DNA from: Paraspadella gotoi | Taxonomy: Eukaryota; Animalia; Chaetognatha | NCBI GenBank assembly: GCA_051294375.1 | Contig: CM119270.1 | Span: 8,853,213 to 8,917,212, forward strand | Reading direction: 5' to 3' | Length of the DNA: 64,000 nt | Shown: positions 12,777-31,910 of the stretch, one piece after another | How positions within the stretch are numbered: the stretch's first letter is position 1 | Layout of the letters: each line of letters begins with the position of its first letter | Program-made: the position numbers and the translations under genes | The notes under the pieces: model-generated | The model's input: the letters and a program-made list of their open reading frames with translations, nothing else | The model's database searches: none | What the model was told of the DNA's origin: nothing

Positions 12777-14627
12777 GTGGAATGAGGACGGCCGTGGGCG
12801 TGGGGGAGATGGAAGCTTGGAATTTTGTGAGGGCGGGTAGAACCAAAGGTCACGGAGTTTGATAGGATAGGATAGGATAGAATAGGATAGGACAGGGTAG
12901 CTTTGAGGGGCGACGGGACGAAAAAACCGTCTTTCGTTTCGGTTTTACAAAAGAACGTTTATAAATCCCGTTGTGAGCATCGTTTTCGCTACAGTTTCGG
13001 TTTGGTTTTAAATCAAGGCGTGAGTTTGCATTTTGGTGTGAGGGAATATTATGTTGGAATCACAAGGATCATTTTCAATTTCAATCCTAAAAAAAAGAAG
13101 AATTACTACTTCTTGATCTAGTGATTGAAGTCATTATTATATAATTATGATGCACGTAATACACTAGATAAAAATTACGTAAATAAACCAAATATGATTT
13201 TTGAAGTTTGAACAATCATAAAAAAAACAAAAACAAACTACGTAAATGGCAGTATGAACGAAAAACATTCATGGGATATCAAATATCAAGTACATACTAC
13301 ATAGTTACGTTTTCAAGGACTGATCTGCGTCAAAAATCTTCCGTTTCCATGGCAACAAACATATTGAGGACAAGACCACGCTCGAAAAGAAAACCAAATT
13401 CCCTTTTTCCTTATTCCTTACGCACTTTAACAATTTTATTTTCATTTATTGCCTCCTTTTCTCTTCTTTGAAATTTATTATTTAGTTTTTCCCCTGGCCA
13501 TAATAAAATTTCTAAAATAGGTTTAATAAAAAAAATATTTTCGTATATTTTCTAAGTAGTTATTAGAAGCTCCCGGTCTATGACTTTTTAAGGTAACAAA
13601 AAAGGAAACCGAATACATTATAAAGATGCCGTTACACATCTACAACTTTTTTCACAAAGAAAACTTTGGGGGGAAAATAATTAACTTGGTTAAAAATGAA
13701 GAAAAACTTCTGCTGAAATTCTCACGTTTTTGTGAAAAGGTTGGAATTGCTGAAACACGGTGGGGAGTAGTGATTTCATTACACCTTGGTTTAACTTATT
13801 GCAACTTCGCGTTCACTACGATTTTGTATTCGACTAATTATTTATTAAACGTATACCCAGAAACAGTTTGTTACTTCGTAAGAAGTTCAGGAAGCTCGCG
13901 TTACTTTTTTTTATTAGGTGAAAAAATAAAATAAAACTAAATGTAATATAACAAAACTGAAAATCTCAATTCCAAGTGAAGTTAAATTAATAAAATCGGT
14001 TACGACTACCGGCTTCCACACAGCCTGTGTTCGATGAACAAAAATTGGAATATCGAGTAAAAACCCCACGATTATTTATCATTTCCTCTTTTTGCGGTTT
14101 TTGTTGTTGAAAAAGTGATTCAGCGGTAAAACGCGAAGATTTTGAAGAGTTTGAAATCAAGACAATTTTCTTTAAAAGAAATATTCGCTTCAGTGAAGAA
14201 GCCATCACCACGAAATGTTCGAGTCGGAATATTAGTTTTGTTTTTATTTAGAATATTAAATAATTTTCCAACTCGTAATTCGTATTTACATAAAAAAAGT
14301 CAAAACTCTAAGTATAAATTTTGATTAAAAAGCAGAATATTAATTTGTTTACGTCCCAAGTTGTAAAAAAGGATAAAAATAAAAATACTAACGGTTCTTT
14401 AAAACAAATTAAGAGCGGAAAAACGTGTTCTGTTACGCTCAGTTGGTTTGGGCTTCTTCATCGTTTTTAATTAGGATCGAGAGAAACAAATTTAAATAAC
14501 GAGAACAATATTCTTTACTAAAGTTTATAATTTGAGTTGAAAGGAGAGAAAGAAACGGGAGAGCCGAGTTTATTTATTATCCGATTTTTTCGGAACAGGT
14601 CAACCCGCAGTTCAGAGTGGAAAAAAG

Positions 14628-14850
<223 letters not shown>

Positions 14851-15803
14851 CGAGAGCGAGCAAACATTTCTCCCCCATTAAAACAGGTTTCAAAACTGAT
14901 CGCGAAGAAAAGGTCCTGGACCAATCACCGTCTTTGATTATCGTTTCAACCAATCAGGAGACGCGATCATAAAACCGGGATGCTCGACAAGTCGGCGAGT
15001 GTGTCGAGACTGACTGGAGCATCGGGAGTCTGGCTTGAATAGTATACCCATCAATCAAGTCGTGATGTGATTCGTGAAGAGCAAACATTCACAAAATTCA
15101 CAGAATTCAACTTCACAGAATTCGGTATACTACATTATCCGATCCGTCTCAAAACTCAGAAACGTTTTTTTAAACATAATTGACAAAACGAATTCAATCC
15201 CTTTTTACAGAACCTACTGTTTGAAAAATCAAACGGGATTTCTTTTTCACAGCAAAAAGAAAGCTAATACTAATCAAAGAATTAAGTCACATCAAATGCA
15301 AGACAAAAATACGTCACTTGGTCGATTCTTATTCGATTTGAAAGCGACTGCCTTATAAGGAGATGGTGGCGGCACATCTGTCAATTTAAAAAAAGCCGGA
15401 ACTATTTATTTGATGAGAGTGTTATGAGGGATGACTAGTGACTAATTGCTACCAGCAACAAAAGTGTAGTATTTTTTTATTGATTTGTTCCTCTTACTTG
15501 CTCTTTTCTCTCTCTCTCTCTCTATCTCACTCTCTCTCTCTCTCTCTCTTTTTTTCTCTTTTCCTTTCTTTCTTTCTTTCTTTCTTTCTCTGTGTGTGCA
15601 TATATTCTGACTTGCTCTGCCATTTTTGTAACTTTCTTTTCAAAATTCATGCATTTTTCCAGCACAAATTTTAAACTGTAAAAAATATTTTCAAATTATA
15701 TTTCATTTCTGGCCACAACAACAACCACAACAGCCGGGTAGTCACGTGATCATTCCGGATGAGGAATTTTTTTTTTTTTTGTGCCGCTGAAAATCGTGAG
15801 GGT

Positions 15804-15852
<49 letters not shown>

Positions 15853-15990
15853 AGAGAGTCATTCAAGGAAGAAATCCTTGCTGAGAGAGAGAGGTCAAAA
15901 ATGTTTTCTCGCTTTAATAACGACGTAAAATAACCAACAATGATTAATGATTTCAACTTCAAAACTTGTTTCCATTCTTTTCTCTTTTTC

Positions 15991-18900
15991 TCATTTTTTC
16001 TGTCTGCCCTGTGAGCGAGTAAAGACGCAAAAAACTCTCTTCAAAATCTTTCTTCTCTCCCCTCTCTTCCCCCTCCTCCCTCCACCCTCTCCCTCTCTCT
16101 TCTCTCTCTCCACAACGCCCTCGCGAGAATGGGCGCGGCTTTGGGCGAGACGCCCGCCGTCGATTCGATCGAAGCGACGAAAGATGACGTCAGCGGCGAC
16201 GATAGAGACGACGACAACGCCGCCATTGACGAAGAGAAAGTCCTCCCTCCTGGTAGTGGGGATTAGATAATACAAAGTAAAATTACAAAATCCAGGATAT
16301 TTTAAAGCTTTATATTTACAAACCTAAATCTAATATTTTAGGTATATTTATATTTATATTCTAACATTGAAATTTTATCGATTCTATGAGGGCCTAAAAA
16401 TATAATTAGTATCACTTTCTTCTGTTTCGGTTATTATTATATTATTATTATTAACATTAATTATTTACCTCTCGACGCGGTAATCGTACTGTGACTACCG
16501 CGATGTTCTTTTCCGCTTCTCAGATTTTCCGTTTTGTTTTCCAAGATTGTCGCAGGAGGCGCTTCGGCCCGAGTAAGGTTCAAACTTGGACTTTCGGACA
16601 AAATGCTATCGTCGAATGTGATACGCCTGCGAGACGTCTCCCTTTTGGAATTAGAGAACAATGTATTTAATTTAAATAAATACTACATTAAGTCGCGAGA
16701 TTGACCTTCTCTCTTTTCTCGCAGCCTTCATCGACCAAAGAACGCAGACCATAATCCCGGTGGCGGCAGCGATCCCGGTCGCGACGAAGCTGAGCACATC
16801 TCGAAAAAAAAGCATGGGATCGCCGGGTGAAGGAGGCTCCGAAGGTTGGAGATGTTGAATCGCGACGATCACGGCTCCGCCCGTGAATTTGTCCATGAAG
16901 GACACGAAGCTGTGAGATGACGAGGCTGATGATGATCAAGTCGATATAACGATTATTAATAGAATTAAAATAAACCTGTAAACGAATCCCGCGGTGGACG
17001 TGTCGGTTCCGATCATGTCTGACACGAACCCCATGGTGGCGATGATGATGATCGATTGGCCGGCGCCCATTAGGACGCCGGCCCCGAAGATGGACATCCC
17101 GATGGAAAGGTCGTACATCCATCCGCAGCCGCCGATCACGAGGGCCACGCCCACCTGAGGAGGGGGAGATGTAAAGTGAATGAATAAACGACGTTTCATT
17201 TTAAACAGCGATTAAGAAACCACTAATTGTCAGTTATTTCAAAATTATTAAAGTATCAAAGTTACATATTGAACAAGCAATCACCCACATTTTGGGAGAA
17301 AAAAATGTTTAACTTAAATTTAAAAAAAAAAATTAAATCCCCACATATGTTTATGAAATCATTTATCTAATACTATTTTCTTGATTGATAGATTGATTGA
17401 ATGTTAGTTTGAATGTTTTATTTATTTATTGTTTATTTCATTTATTGATCGTTTCATTGATTGACAGATCGATCTCACCAGGGCGACCCCGTATCTCCCA
17501 ACCAGCTTGGTGAGGACGCCGACCAACGCGGAGGCGACGAATCCAGCGGCGAAGACGACGATGGGCAGAATCGCGATGAACTTTTTCTCGAGGAGGAGAG
17601 TGTGGGTAAGGTAGAGGGGAAGGTAAGTTTGGCCCGAGTTGAAGATCACCTCAAGGAAAATGGGTAAGGGATATTTGTGATTTTTTCTTTGCATTACCTT
17701 TCCTTTTTTTTTCTTTTTGCCTCTGAAGCCGGGGCTAAAAGATGTGTTCTTCACTGGCGCCAGCTACTCACCGGATGACACCCACTATTCACCGATGACA
17801 CCAGCCATCTGCTAATGACCCATAACATCTGCCAAGCACCTGCGATCCAACGTAGATAAGTGAAACGACGAAGAACTCGGGATGGCGAAACCAATGATGC
17901 CACTTTCGAATTCCGGTGGCGGCGTCGGCGGGAGAGGCGGCGCCGTCTACGGAACCAACGGAAATTCCGTGATGAGGCGCGATGGCGACGGAGGCGGAGT
18001 TGACGACCGACTGCATAGATTTTTTAATAGCGTGGCTTTTAAAAGTCTCGCCTCGACCTGGAGTTCGGTTGGTTTTAAAATTTACCAACCTTTTTCTCGG
18101 CGCCGGTTCCATTTCGTGCCGGCGTCCATTTTGGTTCTTTGACGCCGATTTGAAAGACGATGGCGAATGCAGCGCCGACGCCGACGCAGATCAACGCCAG
18201 GTTCCAGAATTTCGGGGCGTCGCCGGGACCGATTGTGGTTCCTGGAAAGAGAGGGAATGAGGATTAAGATGTGTTTCTCATCCAGCCCACGATACTCTCC
18301 TCACTTTGCTCAGCCTTAATCTGCCTCACTTGACCATACCCTGTCCCACCTTAACTCACTCCGCCCCACCCAACATCACCCTGACTCAACAATCCTCTCC
18401 CAATCTCAACTTCCCTCACCCTTCCTCACCCTCCCTAAACCTTACCCTCATCCTCGCCCAGCAGCGCGAAGAAGGTTCCATAGGCGAGAACGTTGGCAAA
18501 GACTTGAGCCGCGTATCTGACCGAGTTGAGGAGGACCCGCTCGTTCTCGTCAGGGGTCAGTTCTGGGATGAGACTCATGTGAGCCACCTGGAGACAAATT
18601 GGCCGGGAGAGCGTGAAAGATAATCATAGCTCAAAGTTTAAGCGGTGTGCGTGGTTCGCTTTTGTAAATTCATTTTAAAATTGATTTCGTCCATGTTGTT
18701 AATTTCAATCAAATTCACCTTTCAATTAATATCCTTCACATTTATAGTGTTTTCAAATCCCTTTTTAATGCCAGTAACTCCATTGTTAACATTTCTTTTC
18801 AAATATAAGACTAACCTTACACTGGTATTTACAAATCAATATTTTCACCATTATCACCCACTACTACCTCACTTAAACAGCCCAGCTCCCCTGACCTGCG

Positions 18901-19920
18901 TGGCTGCCCACCCCAATTGGGTCATGACGATGATGGGCGCGTAGAAAATGGCTTTGGCCCACTCGGCCGCTGTCTCGCATCCGCCGGGACATTCGCCGAA
19001 CATGAAGGGCAAAGTGGCCGCCACTGTGATGGCGCCGAAAAGGTGCCAAGATTTCCTGCGACCGTAACGACCGCACGCAGGGAAAAGCTGCGGAGAAATG
19101 GATGAGTCATTTACTTTAATTTTATTATAGTCGTAAATTATATAGCAATATATTGTATATTCTATTTTAATTTGTTATATCTCGTTGGCCTTATTTATTG
19201 TCTCTTTTAGTCCCTTTTATGTCTGACGGTTTTTCTGGTCTGATCTGTCCTTCTTATTGCCCGATGAAAAGAAGAGCGTTTCACTCGTTGGTACATCCAT
19301 TTTTTTTTAAATTCAAAGTCAAAATTATCTGAAGCAAGTATAAATGGGCCCTTCGGGAGGTGGGGTACTTTTGCTAAAGCATTATTTCATATTCTGCTCA
19401 ATATCCCGGTCATGTTAGTCCTACGTTTTTTCGTGTTTTTTTACACCTTATTCAAATAATTTCTTTTCTTTTCTTCCTATCCTCGCTTCCTTCCTAAATT
19501 CATTCATTCATTCATTCATTCATTCATTCATTCATTCATTAATTCATTTATTCATTCATTCATTCATTCATTCATTCATTCATTCATTCATTCATTCCTT
19601 CTTTCCTTCCTTCCTTCCTTCCTTCCTTCCTTCCTTCCTTCCTTCCTTCCTTCCTTTCTTCCTTCCCTCCTTCCCTCCCTCATTACCTCACCCGCCCTGT
19701 CCGACTCCAATCCCCACAAAGGCGTGCTGACGGCGTCGGCCAGCTGCCCGACAAGTATCAAGTTGCCCGCCATGGCGGGACTGAGTCCTTGGACGTTCCA
19801 AAAGTAGACTACGAGGTAAGTGTAGAAGACCGCGGTGGAGAGGTCGTTGAGCACGTGACCACACGCGAAGAAAGCGTACTGTTGCCATGGCAACTTGCTG
19901 ATCTGATGAGGCGCCGGCAT
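15991..19920 (-). CDS. MFSD12: MFSD12-like major facilitator superfamily transporter, multi-exon; terminal exons below ~16670 are uncertain
   Basis: First exon YAFFACGHVLNDLSTAVFYTYLVVYF..AGNLILVGQLADAVSTPLWGLESDR. Later exons IVMTQLGWAATQV, QTYLPLYL..IAILP, DMIGTDTSTAGFVY, SFMDKFTGGAVIVAIQ match the MFSD12 pattern. Confidence 0.88.
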
Positions 19921-20635
19921 AGTGAGAATCTGGTTGGTTCGGGGCGTGTATTGCTGTTTTCAAAGCTTTTTTGTTTTGACTATTTCTAGAGACGAAACTT
20001 TTGTTTTTGTTGTTGTTGTTGTTGTTGTTTGCAACATGGCGTAGGAAATAGACATAACGCGAATGTTGTTAATTAGTCCCAATGGTTTAGATTCACGGTG
20101 CACGGGAACTCGAGAACTTGATTACTTTAAACCCGGCAGAAAACTCTCATAGGAAATCATTTATCCAAGATTTTTTTCATTTCTTAATCAGTTTTTCGTG
20201 ATAACGAGAGCGCAAACAATCCAGAGTCCATTATCTTCTCAGAGCAGCAGTCATTTTTATCATAGAAATTGTATTCATTTAGAAATAGATTTTATTCAAA
20301 TGCATAAGCAATTAAGCATCAATCGCATAATTGTAGGGAGAAGGATTGGCGCTAATTGTAATTCTTTTGCCATAATTCAACTAATCTGGATTATACTATA
20401 AACTTAGAATGTACGTATAATGAATCTGAAAAATACTGTAACAAATATCAATAATCAATCGCATGACAGCCACTTGCCCCACAGGCATTAACTCTCTATG
20501 GTTGAAAAATTAACACCAGTAGAATTCTATACAAGTTCTGAAACTCAGAAATTGGATGAGGAGATTTCGTGTTTGATTTTTAAACTGGTAGAAATACTAT
20601 ATAACTATATGCGGGAGAAAGAGAGAGAGAGAGAT

Positions 20636-20709
<74 letters not shown>

Positions 20710-20782
20710 ACTTTGTAATTGATGGAAACTAATTTGCATGCCGGTTTTATGTTTCAAACGCCTTTTCCCCTCTCTCTCTCTC

Positions 20783-20849
<67 letters not shown>

Positions 20850-21399
20850 TTTCCCTCTGACTTTTTTCTTTTTCATCCTTCCCAAGAAAAATATTTTTCA
20901 GAAGAAACAGTAAAGACCCAGAATATTTTTTTTATTATTTCTTCCACACGATTTTCCTTACATTTTGTCTCAAAAAGAAAAGAACCGAATTCAATTGGGC
21001 GAATTCAATGTAGCTTAACGAAGCGCAAACTCTCAAACTCTACTTATTTATTTAGTTATTTATTTACTCAATATTTAGTTTTCTTTTATCTTTTATAATC
21101 TTCTTCATATTACTTTTTTTCAATGAATATGATAAAATTAAAAAAATATTAACTAAATAAGTATTTTATTAAATAACGAAATAAAAAAAATATATTTAAT
21201 TTAATAAATAAATAAAATGAATTAATATGTAATACAAACTAGTAATAATTATGTATAAAAAATAACTAAAAAAATAAATAAAATTCAATTTCGTTGTGTT
21301 TCGAATTGAGTTTGAAATAAAGACGAAGTCTTCCTACAACAACGATAAGTTTTTTATTTAAACAGACCATGCAAATCTTCAAAAGCGCTGATAAAATAA

Positions 21400-21540
21400 A
21401 AAAGTAAAAAAGTAAAAAAAGTAAAAAAGTAAAAAAGTAAAAAAGTAAAAAAGTAAAAAAGTAAAAAAGTAAAAAAGTAAAAAAGTAAAAAAGTAAAAAA
21501 GTAAAAGAGTAAAAAAGTAAAAAAGTAAAAAAGTAAAAAA
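21400..21540. repeat. (AAAAAAGT)n 8-bp tandem repeat
   Basis: Directly visible. Confidence 0.95.
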
Positions 21541-22514
21541 GATCCCAGCTTCAACCCGTCAAATGTAATTAAGTTCTCTGAATTGGGCGATCGACGATTT
21601 GTCTTTTTCTTTGACGACATTTTTGACGTTTCCGTCGGAAGGCAAAACCTGGGAAATGGGATAGAGATGACGGGAACAGATGGGAAAAGTTATATTGTTT
21701 TCTAGGAGAAAACCTTGTTGAGAAAAAGGGAAACGCAGTTGATAGGAATAGTGACATGAATAAGAAACATAAGATAAAGCAAGAATCGCTTAATCAGGTT
21801 TCTAAGAAAAAGTCTTTTACGTTTCCATGTTTTTTTATTTATTTATTTTTTTTTTTTTTTACATTTTTTTGACACAAAAAGAAAACATTTTAACTAAGAA
21901 AAAAAAACTGCCCTTTTCGTTAATTGCTGAAATTATTCATCAAACACTTGCAAATATACCATATTTTTCTAATCCACCCGAAGTCAAAAGGTTTGATTTC
22001 TTTTTTTCGCGAACAATCTTTCGTCTAAATTGACAAATTCCATCTCTGACTTCCTTCGTCAAATTTTGACGACAACAGTCGAATCATTTTCGACCTTCGT
22101 CGACCCCGGAGTCCAAATCGACCACCTCAAATAATTATTTCGTTGACCTCTGACCCTTGATCTCAGCACTTTAATGATCTCTTTTTGAAGATCATCGACC
22201 TTTGTTATTGTGGGCGTCAGAATCTCCGTTTTCAACGCGTCCTCTGACCCGCGGTCGTCGCCCTTCTCGTGTCACTTAAGCGAAAAAAAAAATTAAAATC
22301 GGTTACAACGATAAAGTATCCTAATTCCTTTCTAGAAATATAATTATATACGCAACTATTTTGCTTACAGTCTTACAGTATAATTTTTTTTGGTATCTTT
22401 TCATTTAGTCATGAATTTTAATTACAGAAAATGTTATTGCAAAAATAATTTAACTGATAAAACTTAAATTTAAGCTTTTTGAATGATATGCTGTAAGGTT
22501 TAAAGCTCAGTTTT

Positions 22515-27473
<4,959 letters not shown>

Positions 27474-27518
27474 ACGTATGATAATTAAGATGCTAAGATT
27501 AAGAAAATTGTGTAAAAT

Positions 27519-27772
27519 GTAGTAAAATTAGACGGAAAAACAGAATTGGAAAAATTGCAAAATTGCAAAATTGAAGAGGAATTGTTTTTGAATAATTCTT
27601 TTAATGGATATATATGCGATTTTATTCGAATACAACGAGGTTGATTAGTAAATTAGACGGAAAAACAGAATTGGAAAAAATTGCAAAATTGCAAAATTGA
27701 AGAGGAATTGTTTTTTGAATAATTCTTTTAATGGATATATATGCGATTTTATTCGAATACAACGAGGTTGAT
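27519..27772. repeat. ~127 bp direct tandem duplication at the LINE 3' end
   Basis: TAGTAAAATTAGACGGAAAAACAGAATTGG...CAACGAGGTTGATT occurs twice in succession. Confidence 0.9.
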
Positions 27773-28584
27773 TCAGTACAATCATCATCAACAAACAAAC
27801 AAACAAAGACAGACTAAGTCTAAGCAAAAAACATAAAATAGAGAGAAAAAAAAAACAGTTAATTAAATAAAATTAATTAATTAAAATTTAAACAATTAAA
27901 AATTGTTCTTATGTTGTAAAAAATGGAACAAGTTTCTGAAAGAACAGTATTTTTCATTGTATATATCTTTGAGATAAAGGTTTTCTTACGATTATTAAAA
28001 ATTGTAGATAGGTCGTGTATCCAAACATACTCCTAAGTTCTCTCACACTTTCCATCGATTATATCCAAAAATCTTTCGTACACCATCATTTACAGCAACA
28101 TTAAGTCTATTCATATTACGTACAGAAAAAGTTTTTACTTCACAACCATAAAGGGAACCGGAACACAGTTAGTATAAATACAATTTCATCAATAATTCCT
28201 CTGAAGGTTTTAACAAGGCATTTATCAAACAGTTACTTGATCTAAAAAAAGATACCAATTCTTTGCTTGGCTCAAAACAAGCTGTCTCTTTCACTACTAA
28301 GGTTTGAAACCCTAGATATGTCCATTTATCAACTAGATCGATACAGTTACCATCGAGAAAAGTATATCATTTGGAATTGTAGTTTGCCACTTCCCAAAAT
28401 ACATGAATTTCGTTTTTTTTGAAAACTAAATGTAAAACAAAAAATCCTTTGCATATTTTGCACAAATGTCAATTAAGACTTGCATACCTCTTATCGTTGG
28501 TGAAAGTAATGCTATATCATCTGCATAAATATGCATGCTACAAAAATATGTCCTATGTAACACCATAACCTGGTTTTTTTTAGT
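27748..28584 (-). mobile_element. Degenerate non-LTR retrotransposon (LINE): 3' part of RT plus 3' UTR
   Basis: Minus strand reads ..HIFVACI.YADDIALLSPTIRGMQVLIDIC..WTYLGF..NVAV..VRKIFGYNRW with frameshifts. The same 3' terminus (TTTTATTCGAAT..GGTTGATTCAGTACAATCATCA) recurs at ~43740-43780. Confidence 0.85.
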
Positions 28585-30138
28585 TCAAAATTTAACAAAG
28601 TTTTGGAAAATGTTTTCGTCAACATTTTTTATTAGTATAAGGACATGTTTCGACTCTTCATTTCGAGTCTTTCATCAGCAGTAATGATGCATTAACAAAT
28701 TTGTGTAAAAGAAGGGAGAGGAGAGAGAGAGAGAGAGTGAGAGAGAAAGAGAGAGAGAGAGAGAGAGGGCCAAAAGTTTCCAACACAGAGATAGTTGTTA
28801 AAGAATGAGTACAGTTTGAAGTTGAGGACAGATCAGTTGTGAAAAGAAGTGAAATGGTCAATTGGTGAAAGAGAGAGAGAGAGAGACAGAAGGAGAGAGG
28901 GAGAGAGAGAGAGAGAGAGGAAAAACAGGGAGAGACAAAATAATACATTATGTAATGTTACAACAAAGAATAAATTTAAACTAATGGTGAATTTAACAAT
29001 TATTCTAGTAATAAATAGATAGTAATGAAAGGAAAGAAAGTTTTTAAATGTGAAATGATACATTTTTGTGAGGGATAGATAAGTGAATGTTAAAGTGAAA
29101 AATTAAGAATTAAGATAGAGCTCAAAATGAGCTGGCCCCCCTTGGTTTATGCAAATGAAAGGCTTTAACGATGAAGCCGGGTCATTGACGCGTCATTGGT
29201 TGAGATGACAATTCTGTTGAGTTTCATTGCCGTTGCATTAGGTAGGCTTCCTTGCTGAAGAGACCAAGTGCGACTCGAATGTCTCTCTGGCCTGGTACGC
29301 CTGCCGACTGCCCCCTTCTCGCCTGCTGGCGAGGCGGGCGGTTGTCCGTTCTTGCCGCTTTTGCAACAGGAGTGGTGGACTCCTCTCCCTCCTCCTGTAG
29401 CCGTCGTTTTGGGCGGCGCTCATTCCCCAGAGAGGGAATGAGTTGCTACAATCAAGGGAGAGGCATTGTTTGCCCATTGCCTGTGGCAAGGGTCTCCGCC
29501 TGTCTCGTTGAGTGAGACAGGGAATCATTGTGCGGTCGTGTGGTGGCGGGGCCTCCACCACGCTTTTGATAAGCGAATCATAGCTTGGAGGGAGGTCGAA
29601 TCGTCCTCCATCACGATTCAAAGAAGGTTCGAGGGCTTTGATGTAAATAGCCTCTCTAATACCTCTTGTGAACCAGTTTGGGTCATGGGACAGCACGAGA
29701 CAGTCTGACTCTCTAAATGCATGGCCAGTATTCGCTTTGTGCTCAGCGATTGCGGACAGGAAGTGTCCACGGGTATCACGATAAGGTTTTGTGTGCTGTT
29801 GGAAACGGTCTGTGAGGGACTTGCCTGTCTCGCCCACGTATGCTGCTGTGCAGAGTTGGTTGCCCCGCCCTGCACAGGCCCCCAGTAGACGGCTCCTGAT
29901 ATTTTCGGTCTGGGGATTTTATCTTTCGGTTTCACCAATTGCTCACGTAGGGAGCCCGGGCCGTCACTGAGGTGGAGATCCCCTGCTTTGCTAGCACCCG
30001 CACCAATGACTCAGTGATCCCCTGGGGTAGGGGAGGGACAAGTGGCCCACGTTCCTAGGTCGCTTCTGCTTATCTTCCGGGTGCGCTGTGGTGGGCGCGG
30101 TCGGCTCTTCAGCAGCAAGCTCCCTTCCTACCCCTCCA
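28585..30138 (-). mobile_element. Penelope-like element, 3' portion: GIY-YIG endonuclease coding region and 3' UTR
   Basis: LVKPKDKIPRPKISGAVY..(frameshift)..YVGETGKSLTDRFQQH..SAIAEH..GHAF..REAIYIK..PSLNRDGG is the typical PLE GIY-YIG C-terminus. Confidence 0.9.
28638..28684 (-). ncRNA. Minimal type I hammerhead ribozyme core of the Penelope element (error-containing second copy at ~31046-31090)
   Basis: Minus strand: g-CTGATGA-a-a-GACTC-gaaatgaa-GAGTC-GAA-ACATGT-C-c. Conserved core, stem II, palindromic stem III and GUC site are present; stem I pairs only at its first position. Confidence 0.7.
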
Positions 30139-30164
30139 NNNNNNNNNNNNNNNNNNNNNNNNNC

Positions 30165-31500
30165 AGTAAATCATCATCAACAAACAAACAAACAAGACAG
30201 ACTAAGTCTAAGCAAAAACATAAAATAGAGGAGAAAAAAAAAACAGTTAATTAAATAAAATTAATTAATTAAAATTTAAACAATTAAAAATTGTTCTTAT
30301 GTTGTAAAAATGGAACAAGTTTGAAGAACAGTATTTTTTCATTGTATATATCTTTGAGATAAAGGTTTTCTTCGATTATTAAAAATTGTAGATAGGTCGT
30401 GGTAATCCAAACATACTCCTAAGTTCTCTCACATCTTTCCATCGATTATATCCAAAAATCTTTCGTACACCATCATTTACAGCAACATTAAGTCTATTCA
30501 TATTACGTACAGAAAAGTTTTTTCTTCACAACATAAGGAAACCGAACACAAGTTAGTATATTCAAATATTCACATACAAAAATTCCATATCATGAAAAGC
30601 TTTAACAAGAGCAATTTATCAAACAGTTACTTGATCTAAAAAAGATACCAATTCTTTGCTTGGCTCAAAACAAGCTGTCTCTTCACTACTAAGGTTGAAA
30701 CCCTAGATATGTCCATTTATCAAACTAGATCGATACAGTTACCATCGAGAAAAAGTATATATTCATTTGAATGTAGTTTGCCACTTCCCAAAATACAATG
30801 ACTTTCGTTTTTTTTGAAAACTAATGTAAAACAAAAAATCCTTTGCATTTTTGCACAAATGTCAATTAAGACTTGCAATACTCTTATCGTTGGGTGAAAG
30901 TAATGCTATATCATCTGCATAAAATATGCATGCTACAAAAATAAATGTCCATAGTAAACAACCAATAACCTGATTTTTTTTAGTTCAAAATTTAACAAAA
31001 GTTTGGAAAATGTTTTCGTCATCAAGTTTTTGTATTTAGTTATAAAGGACATGTTTTCGCACTCTTCATTTCGAGTCTTTCATCAGCAGTAATGATGCAT
31101 TAACAAATTTGTGTAAAAGAAGGAGAGAGAGAGAGAGAGAGAGTGAACGGAGAAGAGAGAGAGAGAGAGAGAGGGGCCAAAGTTTCCAACACAGAGATAG
31201 TTCGTTAAGAATGAGTACAGTTTGGATGTTGAGGACAGATCAGTTGTGAAAGAAGTCGTCATTCCTGGGGGGTGGAGGTAGGGTCTGCGTTAGCGGCTAC
31301 TTACTAATTAAATCGTTGACATATACTGCCCATAAGTAAGGACTGAGGACTCCTCCTTGGCGTACGCCAGAAGACACTACAAATGAATCACTAATGGTAC
31401 TTTTCCATCTACATTTACTTTTTAAGTTGCTATACCAGTATACCAAGATTTTTAAGAAACATAATGGCACTCCACGATCTATAAGCTTAGTAAAAATACC
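30165..31500 (-). mobile_element. Second copy of the LINE RT fragment (30165-30984 and 31299-31500), interrupted by a short Penelope terminal piece (30985-31298)
   Basis: 30165-31255 aligns to ~27775-28850 with many indels; 31299-31500 encodes RT motif SSGVRQGGVLSPYLWAVYVNDLISK. Confidence 0.8.
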
Positions 31501-31605
31501 TACAAATTTTATGGCTTTCTTGAATTTCAAATTTTAAATAATAAAGGCGATATTTTATTATGTTATATCTCTCCTTCCTTCCTTCCTTCCTTCCTTCCTT
31601 CCTTC

Positions 31606-31636
<31 letters not shown>

Positions 31637-31845
31637 TTTTTCTTTCTTGATGATCTGCCTAAAGGACTGTTCGATATAGAAATTGCAAGACTAGGTTCGT
31701 ACTAAGATTGATACTGTAGTCTTAAACGATGCTTTTGAGTAAAATTTAACTTTTTTCCAAACGCTTTTCCAAAGAGCACGCTACTTCCATCGGGACATGT
31801 ACGAGCTACACGCTAACCGTTGTTTTCCAAGGTTGTCATGACATG

Positions 31846-31910
<65 letters not shown>

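Noticed and set aside
12614-12845. GC-rich island with apparent long-range pairing and an Sm-like AATTTTG, first considered an ncRNA
   Set aside because: Explained as ASK1 coding exon 1: ATG at 12776, open frame, GTGAGT donor, and correct phase into the 11580 exon.
29270-29300. CTGAAGA on the plus strand as a second hammerhead
   Set aside because: No stem II closed by GAAA and no stem III follow.
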